From the IMG/VR virus record IMGVR_UViG_3300029705_000031: a DNA stretch of 64,000 bases. One strand, 5' to 3'. Position 1 is the stretch's first letter. The number at the start of each line of letters is the position of its first letter. The DNA comes from a virus. Lineage: Duplodnaviria; Heunggongvirae; Uroviricota; Caudoviricetes. Below, piece by piece: positions 17,668 to 26,899 of the stretch. The notes under the pieces were generated by a model. That model searched no databases. It saw nothing but the letters and a program-made list of their open reading frames with translations, and was not told the DNA's origin. Both the position numbers and the translations under genes were made by a program.

Positions 17668-17933
17668 AAAGTAAGACTCCCCTTTTTTACAATATTTTCA
17701 CTATCTCCTAAAACCCATTCTAGACCATCAATAAGACCCTTGATATAATGATAATTGTATCCATTGTAATACATTATCTTTAATCTATCTAGATTATCTC
17801 TAATAGTTTCATAATCTTTCATGTTTCTCTTTTCTCTAATTACAGTTAGATTTTCAGGATCACTCATAGCTTCTGGGTTAATCTTGATTGTATTAGGATT
17901 TCTATTACTAATCTTAGTAACCTTAACCTTCAT
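17664..17933 (-). CDS. Hypothetical protein
   Basis: 89 aa, overlaps the RNAP start by 4 nt. Confidence 0.7.
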   Translation of the reverse strand: MKVKVTKISNRNPNTIKINPEAMSDPENLTVIREKRNMKDYETIRDNLDRLKIMYYNGYNYHYIKGLIDGLEWVLGDSENIVKKGSLTL

Positions 17934-17956
17934 TATACATTTTCCTTTCTTTGTGT

Positions 17957-17968
17957 TAATACAATGTT
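17957..17968 (-). promoter_or_regulatory. Late promoter motif AACA-N6-TA
   Basis: AACA-TTGTAT-TA upstream of the beta'N operon. Confidence 0.5.
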
Positions 17969-18014
17969 AGAATATATATTTAAAAGAAAAATTCAGATTT
18001 AAATATATATTCTA
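17968..18014. promoter_or_regulatory. Back-to-back early promoter cores in a perfect 17-bp inverted repeat
   Basis: TAGAATATATATTTAAA-13 nt-TTTAAATATATATTCTA between divergent genes. Confidence 0.6.
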
Positions 18015-18050
18015 CTTAAAGAAGATCTTAAGGAAAGGAATTTTGTAATT

Positions 18051-18506
18051 ATGTATAATCTAAAAAAGCTAGCATTTGATATGAAAATTAATAATTGTAT
18101 ACATTGTGAACTTGCAGATTGTTTTGCTAAAACTAATGATGAACTATGTGATTTTATAAGAAATGTTTGGAAATTAGAAACTAATCCTGATTTAATAAAG
18201 AAGTATTTTGAGTATAATGAAAACACTCAGGTTGTATTTTCTGAATATATTACTCAACATTTAACACCTTATACATTAACAAGTAAAGATTACTTTCCTA
18301 CTAGTATAAAGTTTCCTTTATGTATAGAGTTTATGTATTATAAATGCTCTAATACATTATATGTTAATGTACGTCGTAAATCTAGTTTATTTGAAAGTTA
18401 TAGTTTAGGATATGGTCACGAATATTTTATAAGTACATATCCTGATCCAAAAGGAAACATGTTCTCTATTCCTTATTACAATTTTTCATTTGAAGATTTA
18501 GGCTAA
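18051..18506 (+). CDS. Hypothetical protein
   Basis: 151 aa with RBS AAGGA; N-terminal YNLKKLAFDMKI resembles the array-1 motif. Confidence 0.7.
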   Translation: MYNLKKLAFDMKINNCIHCELADCFAKTNDELCDFIRNVWKLETNPDLIKKYFEYNENTQVVFSEYITQHLTPYTLTSKDYFPTSIKFPLCIEFMYYKCSNTLYVNVRRKSSLFESYSLGYGHEYFISTYPDPKGNMFSIPYYNFSFEDLG

Positions 18507-18509
18507 ATA

Positions 18510-18544
18510 ATCCCTATATCAACTAAAAGTGTTGATATAGGGAT
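18510..18544. terminator. Bidirectional terminator
   Basis: 14-bp stem ATCCCTATATCAAC/GTTGATATAGGGAT between convergent genes. Confidence 0.75.
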
Positions 18545-18554
18545 ATTTGTTTTG

Positions 18555-18917
18555 TTAGTTATAGTTACCGATTAGATAAGCATCTTCTAATTCACTTTGT
18601 AAAGTAGGTGTAAAGGTAGTGACTAAATCACCATTTTCATCTTTAGTAACATTTTCAATGCCATCTTTAATGGTAAACTGAATACCAAAGATAGAATCTA
18701 AAGTACAAACGAAAGATAATGCGTATACAGGGTTCTCCTTATTAGTAGAATTAGGATGAATAATGTAAGCTTTTAGTAATTCATTTGCAGTATCGACTTC
18801 TATTTTAGGATAACGAGAAGTCATTATCTTGGTATTTTCAGCAGTAAAGAAGAATAGGATATCTTTATTGATATCAGTAACATTAGACATAATACTATTG
18901 TATTGAGCAAGGGTCAT
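18555..18917 (-). CDS. Hypothetical protein, late (start revised to MTLAQY)
   Basis: RBS AAAGGAGG before ATG 18917; AACA-ATTCAA-TA at 18956-18967. Confidence 0.7.
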   Translation of the reverse strand: MTLAQYNSIMSNVTDINKDILFFFTAENTKIMTSRYPKIEVDTANELLKAYIIHPNSTNKENPVYALSFVCTLDSIFGIQFTIKDGIENVTKDENGDLVTTFTPTLQSELEDAYLIGNYN

Positions 18918-18955
18918 TTTTATGTAACCTCCTTTAGTGTTAATTGAATAAACTT

Positions 18956-18967
18956 TATTGAATTGTT
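18956..18967 (-). promoter_or_regulatory. Late promoter motif AACA-N6-TA
   Basis: AACA-ATTCAA-TA. Confidence 0.5.
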
Positions 18968-19020
18968 TTTGATATGTGTTATTAATGAAAGAAAAATAGA
19001 AAGGGGAAAAAATATATAAA

Positions 19021-19356
19021 ATGGAAGAAACTGTTTCTTTTAAGCAATTAATCCTAAATTTGGGATTAGGATTAAATGATGGGAGACCTATAGAAATATG
19101 TTTTCTTAACAATGAAAGTCGTTCAAAACATGTAGAAATTCTAAGAAATGTATATGATATTCATTGGTATTTTGAAATTTTTAAGATTTTAAATAAAAAT
19201 GAATCTAACACTTTATGGTTTAATTATAAAGCTATTAATGATGGCTATAACTGGACAGAAGATCGTTTATTTATATGTAAAGGTGGTCCTTTTCAATTAT
19301 CTCCTATAGAATATAAAGAAGTAGAATATGGAAAATTTCAGAAAGTAGATGATTAG
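19021..19356 (+). CDS. Array-1 paralog 1
   Basis: VSFKQLILNLGLG...YKEVEYGKFQK. Confidence 0.75.
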   Translation: MEETVSFKQLILNLGLGLNDGRPIEICFLNNESRSKHVEILRNVYDIHWYFEIFKILNKNESNTLWFNYKAINDGYNWTEDRLFICKGGPFQLSPIEYKEVEYGKFQKVDD

Positions 19357-19359
19357 AAT

Positions 19360-19683
19360 ATGGAAGAAAATAAACTAATTTCATTTAAAAAGATAATGTT
19401 TGAGTTACAATTTTCTGGTATAATTAAATCTCCAATACGTATAAGTTTCTTAAATGAAGAAGAATGTATTAAGTATAAAGATATTTTAAATGATGATTAT
19501 AATTGTAGATATCGTATAAATGCAAATAAAGAAAATGATAACAATTGGTATAGTATTCGTACTTTACCAAAATGTTTATGGATTTATAAAGGTGATTTCT
19601 ATAAACAACATTTAGGATATGCTAAAAGATATAGACAATTAGAAAATGATATTTTTATAAATACTAATTTTATATTGGAGTGA
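19360..19683 (+). CDS. Array-1 paralog 2
   Basis: ISFKKIMFELQFSG...YRQLENDIFIN. Confidence 0.75.
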   Translation: MEENKLISFKKIMFELQFSGIIKSPIRISFLNEEECIKYKDILNDDYNCRYRINANKENDNNWYSIRTLPKCLWIYKGDFYKQHLGYAKRYRQLENDIFINTNFILE

Positions 19684-19692
19684 TATTAGAAT

Positions 19693-19986
19693 ATGTATGG
19701 AGTAATCAAAGAACTTACTTTTAAACAATTGATGTTAGATCTTAGTTTGAATTTGATAAGCAATCCAATAACGATAAGAATGCAAAATAGTAATGAGATT
19801 GAAAGGTACATAAAAATTCTAGAAAACGATTACTCAATTCCAAAATTTATTACTATAGCAACTATAAGACAAGATAAATTCTATTATGTATACTTTAATG
19901 ATATAATTATCTATATAAGAAATGAGAATAATTATGGGAGTAGTTACGCTCAATTACCTAATGATACTTTCATTGAAATCTACTAA
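19693..19986 (+). CDS. Array-1 paralog 3
   Basis: LTFKQLMLDLSLN...YAQLPNDTFIE. Confidence 0.75.
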   Translation: MYGVIKELTFKQLMLDLSLNLISNPITIRMQNSNEIERYIKILENDYSIPKFITIATIRQDKFYYVYFNDIIIYIRNENNYGSSYAQLPNDTFIEIY

Positions 19987-20006
19987 TAAAAAAGAGGTAT
20001 TTAGTC

Positions 20007-20339
20007 ATGTCTAGAAAAAATAGAAAAATCTATACAATTGATAAACTAGTTTTTGATGTAGTAATTGGTAATAAGGATAAAGTTACTATTAAGTTTTTAA
20101 CTAATGAGTATTGTAAACATTGTGCAAGTACTTTAATAAGAGAAGGTAAATGTAATTGTATATCTGTAGGTAAGAAAAATATTAGAGACTCATTACAGAT
20201 ATACATACATGATAGAACTAATGAAACTATTATTAGTTGGTATGATGAAAATTGTTATAAGTATGTTGATTACATTCAGATTGGTTACAATCGATTTATT
20301 AAAAATAAATATAAATGGGGTGATCCTTTTGCCTATTAA
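20007..20339 (+). CDS. Array-1 paralog 4
   Basis: YTIDKLVFDVVIG...YIQIGYNRFIK. Confidence 0.75.
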   Translation: MSRKNRKIYTIDKLVFDVVIGNKDKVTIKFLTNEYCKHCASTLIREGKCNCISVGKKNIRDSLQIYIHDRTNETIISWYDENCYKYVDYIQIGYNRFIKNKYKWGDPFAY

Positions 20340-20658
20340 ATATTATACTATAGAACAGATAGTTTTTGATTTTTTATTAGGTGTTAATAAAAATAACAAA
20401 ATAAAAATCAAATGTATGTCTAACAAAAGTTGTAAAAAACTTAAACGTCTATTAGTTGAAAAATATGATTTTATAAACAAAAATTTTGAAATTTTCCCTA
20501 CAAATACATTATTAATAGCAAAATTTTTAAATATCTTTATAGTATCTAAATATAGTACTCGTCAACGTTATAATTTTGATTATTTTCAAATTGATGAAAA
20601 TTGCTTTATATCAGAATATGATTACTACATAAACTATTTAAGAAAAGGGGATCAATAA
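20329..20658 (+). CDS. Array-1 paralog 5 (TTG start inferred)
   Basis: GGGGTGA before TTG 20329; YTIEQIVFDFLLG...YFQIDENCFIS. Confidence 0.7.
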   Translation: MPIKYYTIEQIVFDFLLGVNKNNKIKIKCMSNKSCKKLKRLLVEKYDFINKNFEIFPTNTLLIAKFLNIFIVSKYSTRQRYNFDYFQIDENCFISEYDYYINYLRKGDQ

Positions 20659-20661
20659 TAC

Positions 20662-21048
20662 GTGTATGATTATAAAGCTAAACCATCGAAAAGATATACT
20701 TTTAAAGAAATAGTTTTCAAATTTATGATTAGTGATAAAAGTAATCTTATTATTCAATTTCCATGTACTCTTAGAGTCATTCAGTATTTTCAAGAAGCAA
20801 ACGCATTATATGGATTTAATGATGTATTAAAAATAGATTTTGTAACTAATGAATTATTATTTGATATAGCAAATAACATTTTTAATAATGAGATAGAACA
20901 ATTTCTTATTTTAAATAAAAATAGAAATTGTTTTATCTCAAACATTAAATATAGACTTGCTATAGATTATATATTTGATAAAGAAGATTCCTTTTATGAA
21001 CCAATAACTCATTTTCTTAATGGAGAAATTGCTAATGGAAACATTTAG
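20662..21048 (+). CDS. Array-1 paralog 6
   Basis: YTFKEIVFKFMIS...YIFDKEDSFYE. Confidence 0.75.
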   Translation: MYDYKAKPSKRYTFKEIVFKFMISDKSNLIIQFPCTLRVIQYFQEANALYGFNDVLKIDFVTNELLFDIANNIFNNEIEQFLILNKNRNCFISNIKYRLAIDYIFDKEDSFYEPITHFLNGEIANGNI

Positions 21049-21316
21049 TCTTAAAAGAATACTTTTTGATATACAATTATTGGATTATAAAGCCATAACT
21101 ATTAAGTGTCAATCTTATACTAACGCAATAAAAGTTGCAAATACTATAAGAAAAATCACAGAGTATACAGTTTTTTCTGAAGGTGTTGGATTTGACTGTT
21201 TAGTAGTTTACAAAGATGGTCCATTTAATGTATTTGATACAATTATACATCCACATGGAAAACCTACATATTTTCAATTAGAAGAAGATAGTTTTACAAA
21301 ACTTAATGACTTATAG
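21035..21316 (+). CDS. Array-1 paralog 7 (start METFS)
   Basis: FSLKRILFDIQLL...YFQLEEDSFTK. Confidence 0.75.
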   Translation: METFSLKRILFDIQLLDYKAITIKCQSYTNAIKVANTIRKITEYTVFSEGVGFDCLVVYKDGPFNVFDTIIHPHGKPTYFQLEEDSFTKLNDL

Positions 21317-21785
21317 AAAGAATAGGTTTTTAGTTATGGAAGAGAATACTTGTTCGTTTAGACAAATCATGTTTGAGATTCAATCAGGTATAGTTGAAGA
21401 AGCTGTTGTAAACTTTCCAACTATGAAAAAACTAGTAAAATTTACTGAATTAATAGAAGAAAACTATGGAATTATTGACATTGATAGTTGTAAGTATATG
21501 TCTTCTCCAGAGAAACTTTTTAAGTTACAAATTCTAGATAAAAAAAATAAAGCTAAATGTGATTACATGTTTTCAACTGGATTATTTAGTATTTTACTTA
21601 GTAAAGAAAATGGAATAATTACATGGCGTTATAGTGTATTATTTATGCCATTTATAACTAATTATAAGCAATTAGATAATGATCTATTTGAAAAACAAGA
21701 AAAATACACTATAGATGAATATAAGGAAAAACTAAATCAAAGAAGGAATTATAAACATGGAGGAAAAAGTTTACTTAACACTTAA
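21306..21785 (+). CDS. Array-1 paralog 8
   Basis: CSFRQIMFEIQSGI...YKQLDNDLFEK. Confidence 0.75.
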   Translation: MTYRKNRFLVMEENTCSFRQIMFEIQSGIVEEAVVNFPTMKKLVKFTELIEENYGIIDIDSCKYMSSPEKLFKLQILDKKNKAKCDYMFSTGLFSILLSKENGIITWRYSVLFMPFITNYKQLDNDLFEKQEKYTIDEYKEKLNQRRNYKHGGKSLLNT

Positions 21786-22248
21786 ACAGGTATTGTTTGA
21801 GTTTATGTTAAATGGTGATAAACCTATATTATTATTGATCTTTAAAGATTATAAACAAACTAAGAAACATATAGATCATTTATTTAAAGAATTTGATATA
21901 CGAAATAAGAATGATTTTTCCTGTTTTTATTCAGAAGATTTTATTAATATATTAGATGACTTTAATCCAAATTCAAAATCTGAATTTATGTTCAAGATGT
22001 TTGATTATATAGGTATAAAGTATCCAGACAACCAAGTTATAACATTAGTAAAAAAGAATACTAATGAACTATCAATGTATTATGTTGATAATAGTAGAGA
22101 TTTACCACGTTACAAGAACTATCATATTTATGTAGAAGAATTGGATAATGGTTTTATAGACTATAGTAATGAAGAAAGTTTGACAGTTATTAATGGATTA
22201 CTGTATGAAAAAGGAGTGAAAATAGATTTTACATGGAGTCTATCGTAA
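21757..22248 (+). CDS. Array-1 paralog 9
   Basis: LTLKQVLFEFMLNG...YVEELDNGFID. Confidence 0.75.
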   Translation: MEEKVYLTLKQVLFEFMLNGDKPILLLIFKDYKQTKKHIDHLFKEFDIRNKNDFSCFYSEDFINILDDFNPNSKSEFMFKMFDYIGIKYPDNQVITLVKKNTNELSMYYVDNSRDLPRYKNYHIYVEELDNGFIDYSNEESLTVINGLLYEKGVKIDFTWSLS

Positions 22249-22808
22249 TGGAAAAGTTTAAAACTGAAAATACTATGATTAGAAAACTTAAAGATGAAAA
22301 TGGTCATGACTATGTAAGCCTAACTATAGATGATCCTAATTTCAATGAAAAGGTCACATTAAAGAATATAGTATTTAATGCAACCTTTAGTAACTATAAC
22401 TACTATATAGTTTTTGATAAAGTACCAAGTAAAGAAGAAATTAGAAATTTTGTTAGTACATTTAAGAATGATTTTAATTTAGATATTGGATTTAATGTCC
22501 ATAATACGTTTGATAGTAGCAATGGTGCTAATAGACTAAACATGAAAGGTATATTCTCGATCTTTAATAGTGAAAGAGAATATAAAAAGACTGATACTGG
22601 TTATAAGTTTCTTATAAACGATAAAAGATACTTTACTTTAGTTCTGAGAATTGGTCGTGGAACTACTGAAACATTAAGTTGTAAGTTTACTCCGATGGTT
22701 AAATACAGCCATTATTCTTATTCAAAAACTGATTTCTATACTCAATTAAACTATAACTTGAATACATATGACAATGTAACTTTTATAGATTTCAAAAATA
22801 TCATATAG
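22233..22808 (+). CDS. Array-1 paralog 10 (N-terminal extension)
   Basis: NFNEKVTLKNIVFN..YIVFDKVPS...YTQLNYN. Confidence 0.7.
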   Translation: MESIVMEKFKTENTMIRKLKDENGHDYVSLTIDDPNFNEKVTLKNIVFNATFSNYNYYIVFDKVPSKEEIRNFVSTFKNDFNLDIGFNVHNTFDSSNGANRLNMKGIFSIFNSEREYKKTDTGYKFLINDKRYFTLVLRIGRGTTETLSCKFTPMVKYSHYSYSKTDFYTQLNYNLNTYDNVTFIDFKNII

Positions 22809-22820
22809 GAGATTTCTAAT

Positions 22821-23354
22821 ATGGAATTAAATACTATAAAAGATATAAAACTCTATACTTATAAGATAACAAATGAGAACTTTGGTGAAGAATTTCGTTT
22901 TAAAAAGTTTCTTTTCGATTTACAAATTGAAGATAGACAAAAACGTTTTTGCATAGTATTTGATGAAATACCTTCTTTAATAAAACTTATAAGATTTATC
23001 AATAGATTTAAAAAACATTATAAAGTAATTATTTGTAAAGAAGAGCCTTATAGTGAGTTTTCTAAAGATATCTTTAAACATCTATTACAATTTCAGAAAA
23101 AATTGATAGAAGAAAGAAAATTTAGAAAGATAGAAAAATTAGATGATTATAACTCTTATAAAGTTTTTATAAATGATAAAAGAGTTTATAATACTATGCT
23201 TTCATTTGCTATAAACTTACAAGATAGTAATGAAATTCTAATTGATATATGTAAAATTTGGAATGGACCAATTTCTAGTAGTTATGAAATATTTAGAAAC
23301 TACATTTCTAGATCTAATTCTTCAATTGTAAGATTTAGTGATATCCAATTCTAA
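22821..23354 (+). CDS. Array-1 paralog 11 (N-terminal extension)
   Basis: NFGEEFRFKKFLFDL..CIVFDEIPS; shares NDKR(Y/V) block with paralog 10. Confidence 0.7.
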   Translation: MELNTIKDIKLYTYKITNENFGEEFRFKKFLFDLQIEDRQKRFCIVFDEIPSLIKLIRFINRFKKHYKVIICKEEPYSEFSKDIFKHLLQFQKKLIEERKFRKIEKLDDYNSYKVFINDKRVYNTMLSFAINLQDSNEILIDICKIWNGPISSSYEIFRNYISRSNSSIVRFSDIQF

Positions 23355-23402
23355 TAAAGTTCCTTAATACCATCATCAGGTATTAAGGAACTATTTTTTT
23401 TT
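23355..23402. terminator. Bidirectional terminator
   Basis: 14-bp stem AGTTCCTTAATACC/GGTATTAAGGAACT plus poly-T. Confidence 0.8.
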
Positions 23403-24823
23403 TTACTTAAGTTGTTCTAAGTGAGATTCATAATCAATCTTAGTTGTTTTAATAGTACTATCGTGGAACTGTTTCATTGACTTTTGCATGATCGTACTAG
23501 CTATACGGTCAGCTATTAAGCCTAGATTCTTCATTTCTAGTCTGTAGTAAAGCTCACCTGCACACTTACTACAAATTTTATCATTAATACAGTATAAAGG
23601 AGAACGAATCTTTATTTTTTTACCGATATACTGTTTTACATTGTCAGCGTCTAATAAGACTAGTTTACCTTGAGGATCTTCAATCCAACGTAATAGGAAT
23701 AGGCCCTTATTCTTATCGGTTAAAGTCATTTCAAGATATTTCTTAGTACCACAGTCAGAATCTTTTTCATCTAGCATTAGGTGTTGATAGCCTGAACGAC
23801 TTTGCTTAACTAAATAACCGCCGACCTCAGTGTTCTTCATTTACTTTTTGTATAGATTCATTAAGTCTATACTATACAACTTTAGATTTCTCTAAAGATA
23901 AGACTATATCTTTACTAGAAACTAGTATTTCTTATTACGAATCTATTTAGATTCTTTATAGTCGTTGAACTTATAAATAAGTTGCTGATTAAGTATTGTT
24001 TTATACTCTTCCAGCAATTAAAGAAATTAAGAGCCAAGACTAATAATTTAGCTCTCGCATAAGTACCTGCAGTTAGGATATTTGCATAGATATGGAAATC
24101 TTCCTTGGGAATACCATCAACAAGTGAAGCCATAGAAGCTTCAAATTTACTAGGGTCAGTAAAATTCATTACTGAACCACGCATTAAGCAACTGTTCTTA
24201 TAGTTGTTATCAAAACTACCTCTAGCTCCAGATGCATAGATCTGATAACCAGGAATGTCCTCAACTTTTTTCTTAGATGCTTTTAATAACTCTTGTTCTA
24301 TATTGAAGATAGTACTTACATCGTTATTTTGTACTCCTTCTTTATTTTCCTCAATTAGTCTCTTTTTCATCTCTAAGATATCATCATCAACAATAAACAT
24401 CTTAGTATCTAATGAAGGTACAATAAAGTAAGTACAACTATAAGCTAACCAGTTACATTGATCGAAGTAAAAATGCATATCTTCCATAGTAATCTTTTTA
24501 GTTAATAAACATTCATCAATAATCTTCTGGTCTAGATTCTTCATTGTTTTCTTAGTGATTATAGTGTCTTGATAACCAATTAGTCCTATAATCTTAGGTT
24601 CTAGTAGACACTTATTTACTATAAAGCGACCAACAGTGGTAGTAACTAATCTATCGTTATAATACTCTTTAGCATTTAGTTGTAGTTTGTCATTAGGTTC
24701 AAACTTAGCTTTAGGATTCTTTTGTGAAACTGCAAATAAATCCTTTAGTAAATCTAGAGAAAAATCTTCTTGTTTTAAAGAAAGCAAGTATTTCTTTTCT
24801 TCTTCAGTTATAATTCTTGACAA
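23403..24823 (-). CDS. rpoC: Phage RNA polymerase beta' C-terminal subunit (likely virion RNAP); spliced join(24823..24050, 23837..23403), 402 aa
   Basis: SGARGS, bridge helix restored across the junction (GTYARA|KNTEVGGYLVKQ), SDCGT, RSPLYC..ICSKCAG, MKQFHD; late promoter upstream. Confidence 0.88.
23838..24049 (-). ncRNA. Group I self-splicing intron (IA-like, 212 nt, no homing endonuclease)
   Basis: 5' exon ends in U and intron ends in G; P1 AGAGCU/GGCUCU; P AAUUGCUGGAA, Q AAUCAGCAAC, R GUUCAACGACUA, S AAGAUAUAGUC; P4-P9 all fold, P9 has a GAAA tetraloop. Confidence 0.93.
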
Positions 24824-24856
24824 TTTGTATTCACCTTCTTTTAAGTTTTATATGAT

Positions 24857-24868
24857 TAATGCATTGTT
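24857..24868 (-). promoter_or_regulatory. Late promoter motif AACA-N6-TA
   Basis: AACA-ATGCAT-TA upstream of the beta'C gene. Confidence 0.6.
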
Positions 24869-24966
24869 TTTGGCTTATAAAAACATTAAAAAGTTAAACT
24901 CTTATACAAACATATATTCTAATCTTAGTAAAATGCTAACAAATGAAAGGAGTTTAAGTAATACAA

Positions 24967-25914
24967 ATGGCTACAAAGAAAACACAAAAGCAAAAAGAAT
25001 TCGATATGCTAATCAAATACGATGGTGATAAGAATGAGTTTACTAGTAAAGTTGATCTAAGCAATATAAAATTCATCAGAGAAAATCAAGATAAGATTAG
25101 TTGGTATGTACTATCTCAAAGAAAACTAACTAATGAGATTATTGAGGAGTTTTGGGATGAAATAAAGAGATATCTATCTTATGATAAAGAATTTTGGAAT
25201 TTTAAAATCGATATACTAAAAGCTATTAGAGAAGTTTTCCATTGGTATAGTTTTAATTTTCATAATGTAAATCCTTTAAGATTTTCATTAGATTTTTATA
25301 AGGAATTTGAAAGAGAATTAGATCCATATATTCAAAGTGTATCATGTGATAATCGACCTATTACTTTACTACCAGAGGAAACATTGGATTATCTTGTATT
25401 AGAAAAGAAAAATGAAAGAGTGATTAGTGTTCTTTCTAGTACTTCAAATATCAGTATTTACTATATCGAAAAATACAAAAATGTACTTGATTGGAGTAAA
25501 CTATCAACTTATTCAGTTGAATTATGCAAATCTAAGAACTTTAAGAAATATGAAGAGTATATTGACATTGCTAGTTTTGCTTCATTAAAAACCATAACTA
25601 ACGATTACTATACAAGTGGATCTTTTATTCTAAGCAAACTAAATATGGTATTAACTGAAGATTTTCTATTAAAATATAAAAACGCTATAGATTGGAAAGA
25701 AATAATCTACTGGGAAAGTTATAGAACTAATAGCAAAATAGAAAATAGCAAACTCAAAATAGTTTCTAGTGATTTCTTTAAAACACATAAAGATGAATTA
25801 CCTGAAGAGGCTATTATTGAAATTGAAAACTGCATTAAAAATTTTGGATATGATGAAGAAACACTGCATTATGGTGGACTTAGATATACATTACACTATA
25901 GATGGATTTTTTAA
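24967..25914 (+). CDS. Tryptophan-repeat family protein
   Basis: Repeats such as IRENQDKISW, IEKYKNVLDW, FLLKYKNAIDW. Confidence 0.75.
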   Translation: MATKKTQKQKEFDMLIKYDGDKNEFTSKVDLSNIKFIRENQDKISWYVLSQRKLTNEIIEEFWDEIKRYLSYDKEFWNFKIDILKAIREVFHWYSFNFHNVNPLRFSLDFYKEFERELDPYIQSVSCDNRPITLLPEETLDYLVLEKKNERVISVLSSTSNISIYYIEKYKNVLDWSKLSTYSVELCKSKNFKKYEEYIDIASFASLKTITNDYYTSGSFILSKLNMVLTEDFLLKYKNAIDWKEIIYWESYRTNSKIENSKLKIVSSDFFKTHKDELPEEAIIEIENCIKNFGYDEETLHYGGLRYTLHYRWIF

Positions 25915-25932
25915 AGAATAGGAGTTAAAAAC

Positions 25933-26853
25933 ATGGCATCTAAAAAGAGAACAGCTAAACAAAAAGAATTTGATCTACTTCTAAAACATGCAGATAACAT
26001 TGATGAGTTTACAAAAAGAGTAAAAACAACAGATGTTGAAATCATTAGAAAATATAGAGATAAACTAAATTGGTGGAATATTGTTACTCGAAAGACCTTA
26101 ACTAATGAATTCATTGAGGAATTTTGGGAAGATATGGAATCACATATTGAAAAAGTTCGTGTTAATCCATATATGAATATGGAATTCCTAAAGACAAATA
26201 GAAACTATATAGATTGGCGATACTTTGTATATGATAGTAGTGGTTCTAGATTTACTGTAGATTTCATTGAAGGATTTAAGGAAGAATTAAGACCTTACTT
26301 TAGAATAATGATTTCAAAAACATATCTACCTAAAGAAAGTAGAGATTATCTTCTTAATGAAGAACAGAATAATCAAGATATGTATATGCAAATGTCTAAA
26401 AGCTATATTATTAAACCAGATGCTATTGAAAAATATAAAGATTTCTTAGATTGGGATTTATTATCTAAAAATGCTAGATGCTTACTTAATGACAAGTATT
26501 TTAAGATGTATCAAGATAGAATCAATCTATATGAATATACAAGTCTTAATATTCGTTATGGTGATTCCTATGAAGCATTTTTAAAGCGTGTTAAGAAAGT
26601 AGTAAACGAAGATTTTCTTCTAAAGTATAAGATTGCAAATCTGAATTGGCATGATATTATCCATTGTAATAGTCATAGATTAAATAGAGATATAAAAGAT
26701 GGTAATGTAACTCTACCTTTAGATTTCTTTAAGAAATATAAGGATCAGTTACCTTACGATGTACAAGTTTCCTATAAGAGATTTATAGAAAACTATAAGT
26801 TTGAACAATCTAAAACATATCCTTATTTCTATGGAATTCCTTGGGAATTCTAA
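25933..26853 (+). CDS. Tryptophan-repeat family protein (paralog of 24967)
   Basis: Shared N-terminus MA(T/S)KK.T.KQKEFD.L.K; IRKYRDKLNW, IEKYKDFLDW. Confidence 0.75.
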   Translation: MASKKRTAKQKEFDLLLKHADNIDEFTKRVKTTDVEIIRKYRDKLNWWNIVTRKTLTNEFIEEFWEDMESHIEKVRVNPYMNMEFLKTNRNYIDWRYFVYDSSGSRFTVDFIEGFKEELRPYFRIMISKTYLPKESRDYLLNEEQNNQDMYMQMSKSYIIKPDAIEKYKDFLDWDLLSKNARCLLNDKYFKMYQDRINLYEYTSLNIRYGDSYEAFLKRVKKVVNEDFLLKYKIANLNWHDIIHCNSHRLNRDIKDGNVTLPLDFFKKYKDQLPYDVQVSYKRFIENYKFEQSKTYPYFYGIPWEF

Positions 26854-26857
26854 AAAT

Positions 26858-26897
26858 AAAAAGAGAAATACTCTATTGTGAGTATTTCTCTTTTTTT
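26858..26897. terminator. Bidirectional terminator
   Basis: AAAAAGAGAAATACTC/GAGTATTTCTCTTTTT. Confidence 0.8.
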
Positions 26898-26899
26898 AA

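Noticed and set aside
23838-24049. Homing endonuclease in the intron
   Set aside because: Only 212 nt, fully accounted for by ribozyme helices
23403-24823. Two separate RNAP genes or a frameshifted pseudogene
   Set aside because: The gap is a complete group I intron whose removal restores the frame and conserved motif
24687-25028. 113-aa ORF spanning the divergent promoter region; likewise same-strand out-of-frame ORFs 8855 and 53884
   Set aside because: They overlap real genes and regulatory motifs and show no coding signal
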